A DNA stretch of 63,472 nt, counting the filler, from Octopus bimaculoides (Eukaryota), in the NCBI RefSeq assembly GCF_001194135.2. It is 6 parts of 6 records of this genome, joined end to end, with 100 filler letters (N's around TTAATTAATTAA, not from the genome) between each part and the next. Parts side by side here need not be neighbours in the genome. Positions count along the whole stretch, not along the records: positions 62,333 to 63,472 come from NC_069005.1; 5 more parts are not named here. One strand, 5' to 3'. This document shows, piece by piece, positions 62,835-63,472 of this stretch. The notes beneath the pieces are model-generated. The model was not told where the DNA came from. It saw only the letters and a program-made list of their open reading frames with translations, and did not search any database. Each line of letters begins with the position of its first letter. Positions within the stretch are counted from its first letter, which is position 1. Both the position numbers and the translations under genes were made by a program.

Positions 62835-63472
62835 TTAACCCTTTCGTTACTATATTTCTGACCAAAATACACCCCTCATGAGTTTCAATTAAATTCTAAA
62901 ATAATCATAAATTTAGACTAGTCTCATTAAACACCTGTAACTTTTTTATTTATCAATACATTAATGTGATATTTGGAACATAATTGAAGAAAGGATTCTT
63001 AATCAATTCTATTGCATAATTTTTGTCTCAAAGTGACTCTAATTACAGGTAAATCCAGGTAAACTGAGCAAAATGTAAAAATATTTAAATTTTGTTTAAG
63101 CATTACCATAGAAAATGTTTCATCACCTAATATTTAATTGGGTGTGCAACAAAATTTTGATATAGAAAACTGGTGCACATCACTAGATTATCAATTGAAT
63201 TTAATGCACAGAAGAACAGTGTACCATAAAGGTAAAATAAACTGAAATACTGGAATTTCTTTTTGAAGAAAACTAGAAAATTGAATACAACTAAATGAAA
63301 TATACTCACATACATGCATAAATACACAGAGACATATATAATAAAGATTTACAATAGAAATTAAATCAAAACTTGTCACTCACCTTACAGGTAAATTAAA
63401 ATTACAGGTAAATTAAAATAAAAAGTAAAACTAAGTAAATTTGAAAAATATTTATACAATCTTATTATATAT
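62835..63472. mobile_element. Possible piggyBac-type non-autonomous element, one end seen
   Basis: TTAA-CCCTTT terminus; repeated TTACAGGTAAA motifs at ~63043 and 63386-63415; other end not seen. Confidence 0.35.

Overview
Eukaryotic, AT-rich, microsatellite-dense DNA with many N gaps and five artificial 100-bp linkers (44 N + TTAATTAATTAA + 44 N). The repeat complement suggests an octopod cephalopod genome (inference): tRNA-headed SINEs, RTE, R4/Dong, L1/Tx1 and CR1 LINEs, mariners, hATs and Helentron-type elements. I found no complete protein-coding gene, rRNA, genuine tRNA or CRISPR array. Most long ORFs in the track are artefacts of N runs and microsatellites. Identifiable coding remnants are transposon-derived. 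The best host-gene candidate is a well-bounded minus-strand exon encoding a signal peptide (57715-57931). The most interesting signal is a set of minimal type-I hammerhead ribozyme motifs in at least four unrelated small repeat families. Two of these families share one architecture: a foldback with an inverted hammerhead in each arm and one arm extended (3131-3430, its deleted sibling 8090-8320, and 45710-45956). These resemble non-autonomous Penelope-like/retrozyme elements whose ribozyme would be locked by its own antisense copy. Also notable are a mariner MITE with 213-bp TIRs, an ORF1-only L1/Tx1 relic with a decayed zinc knuckle, and a CpG-depleted domain. All calls were made by eye; no searches were run.
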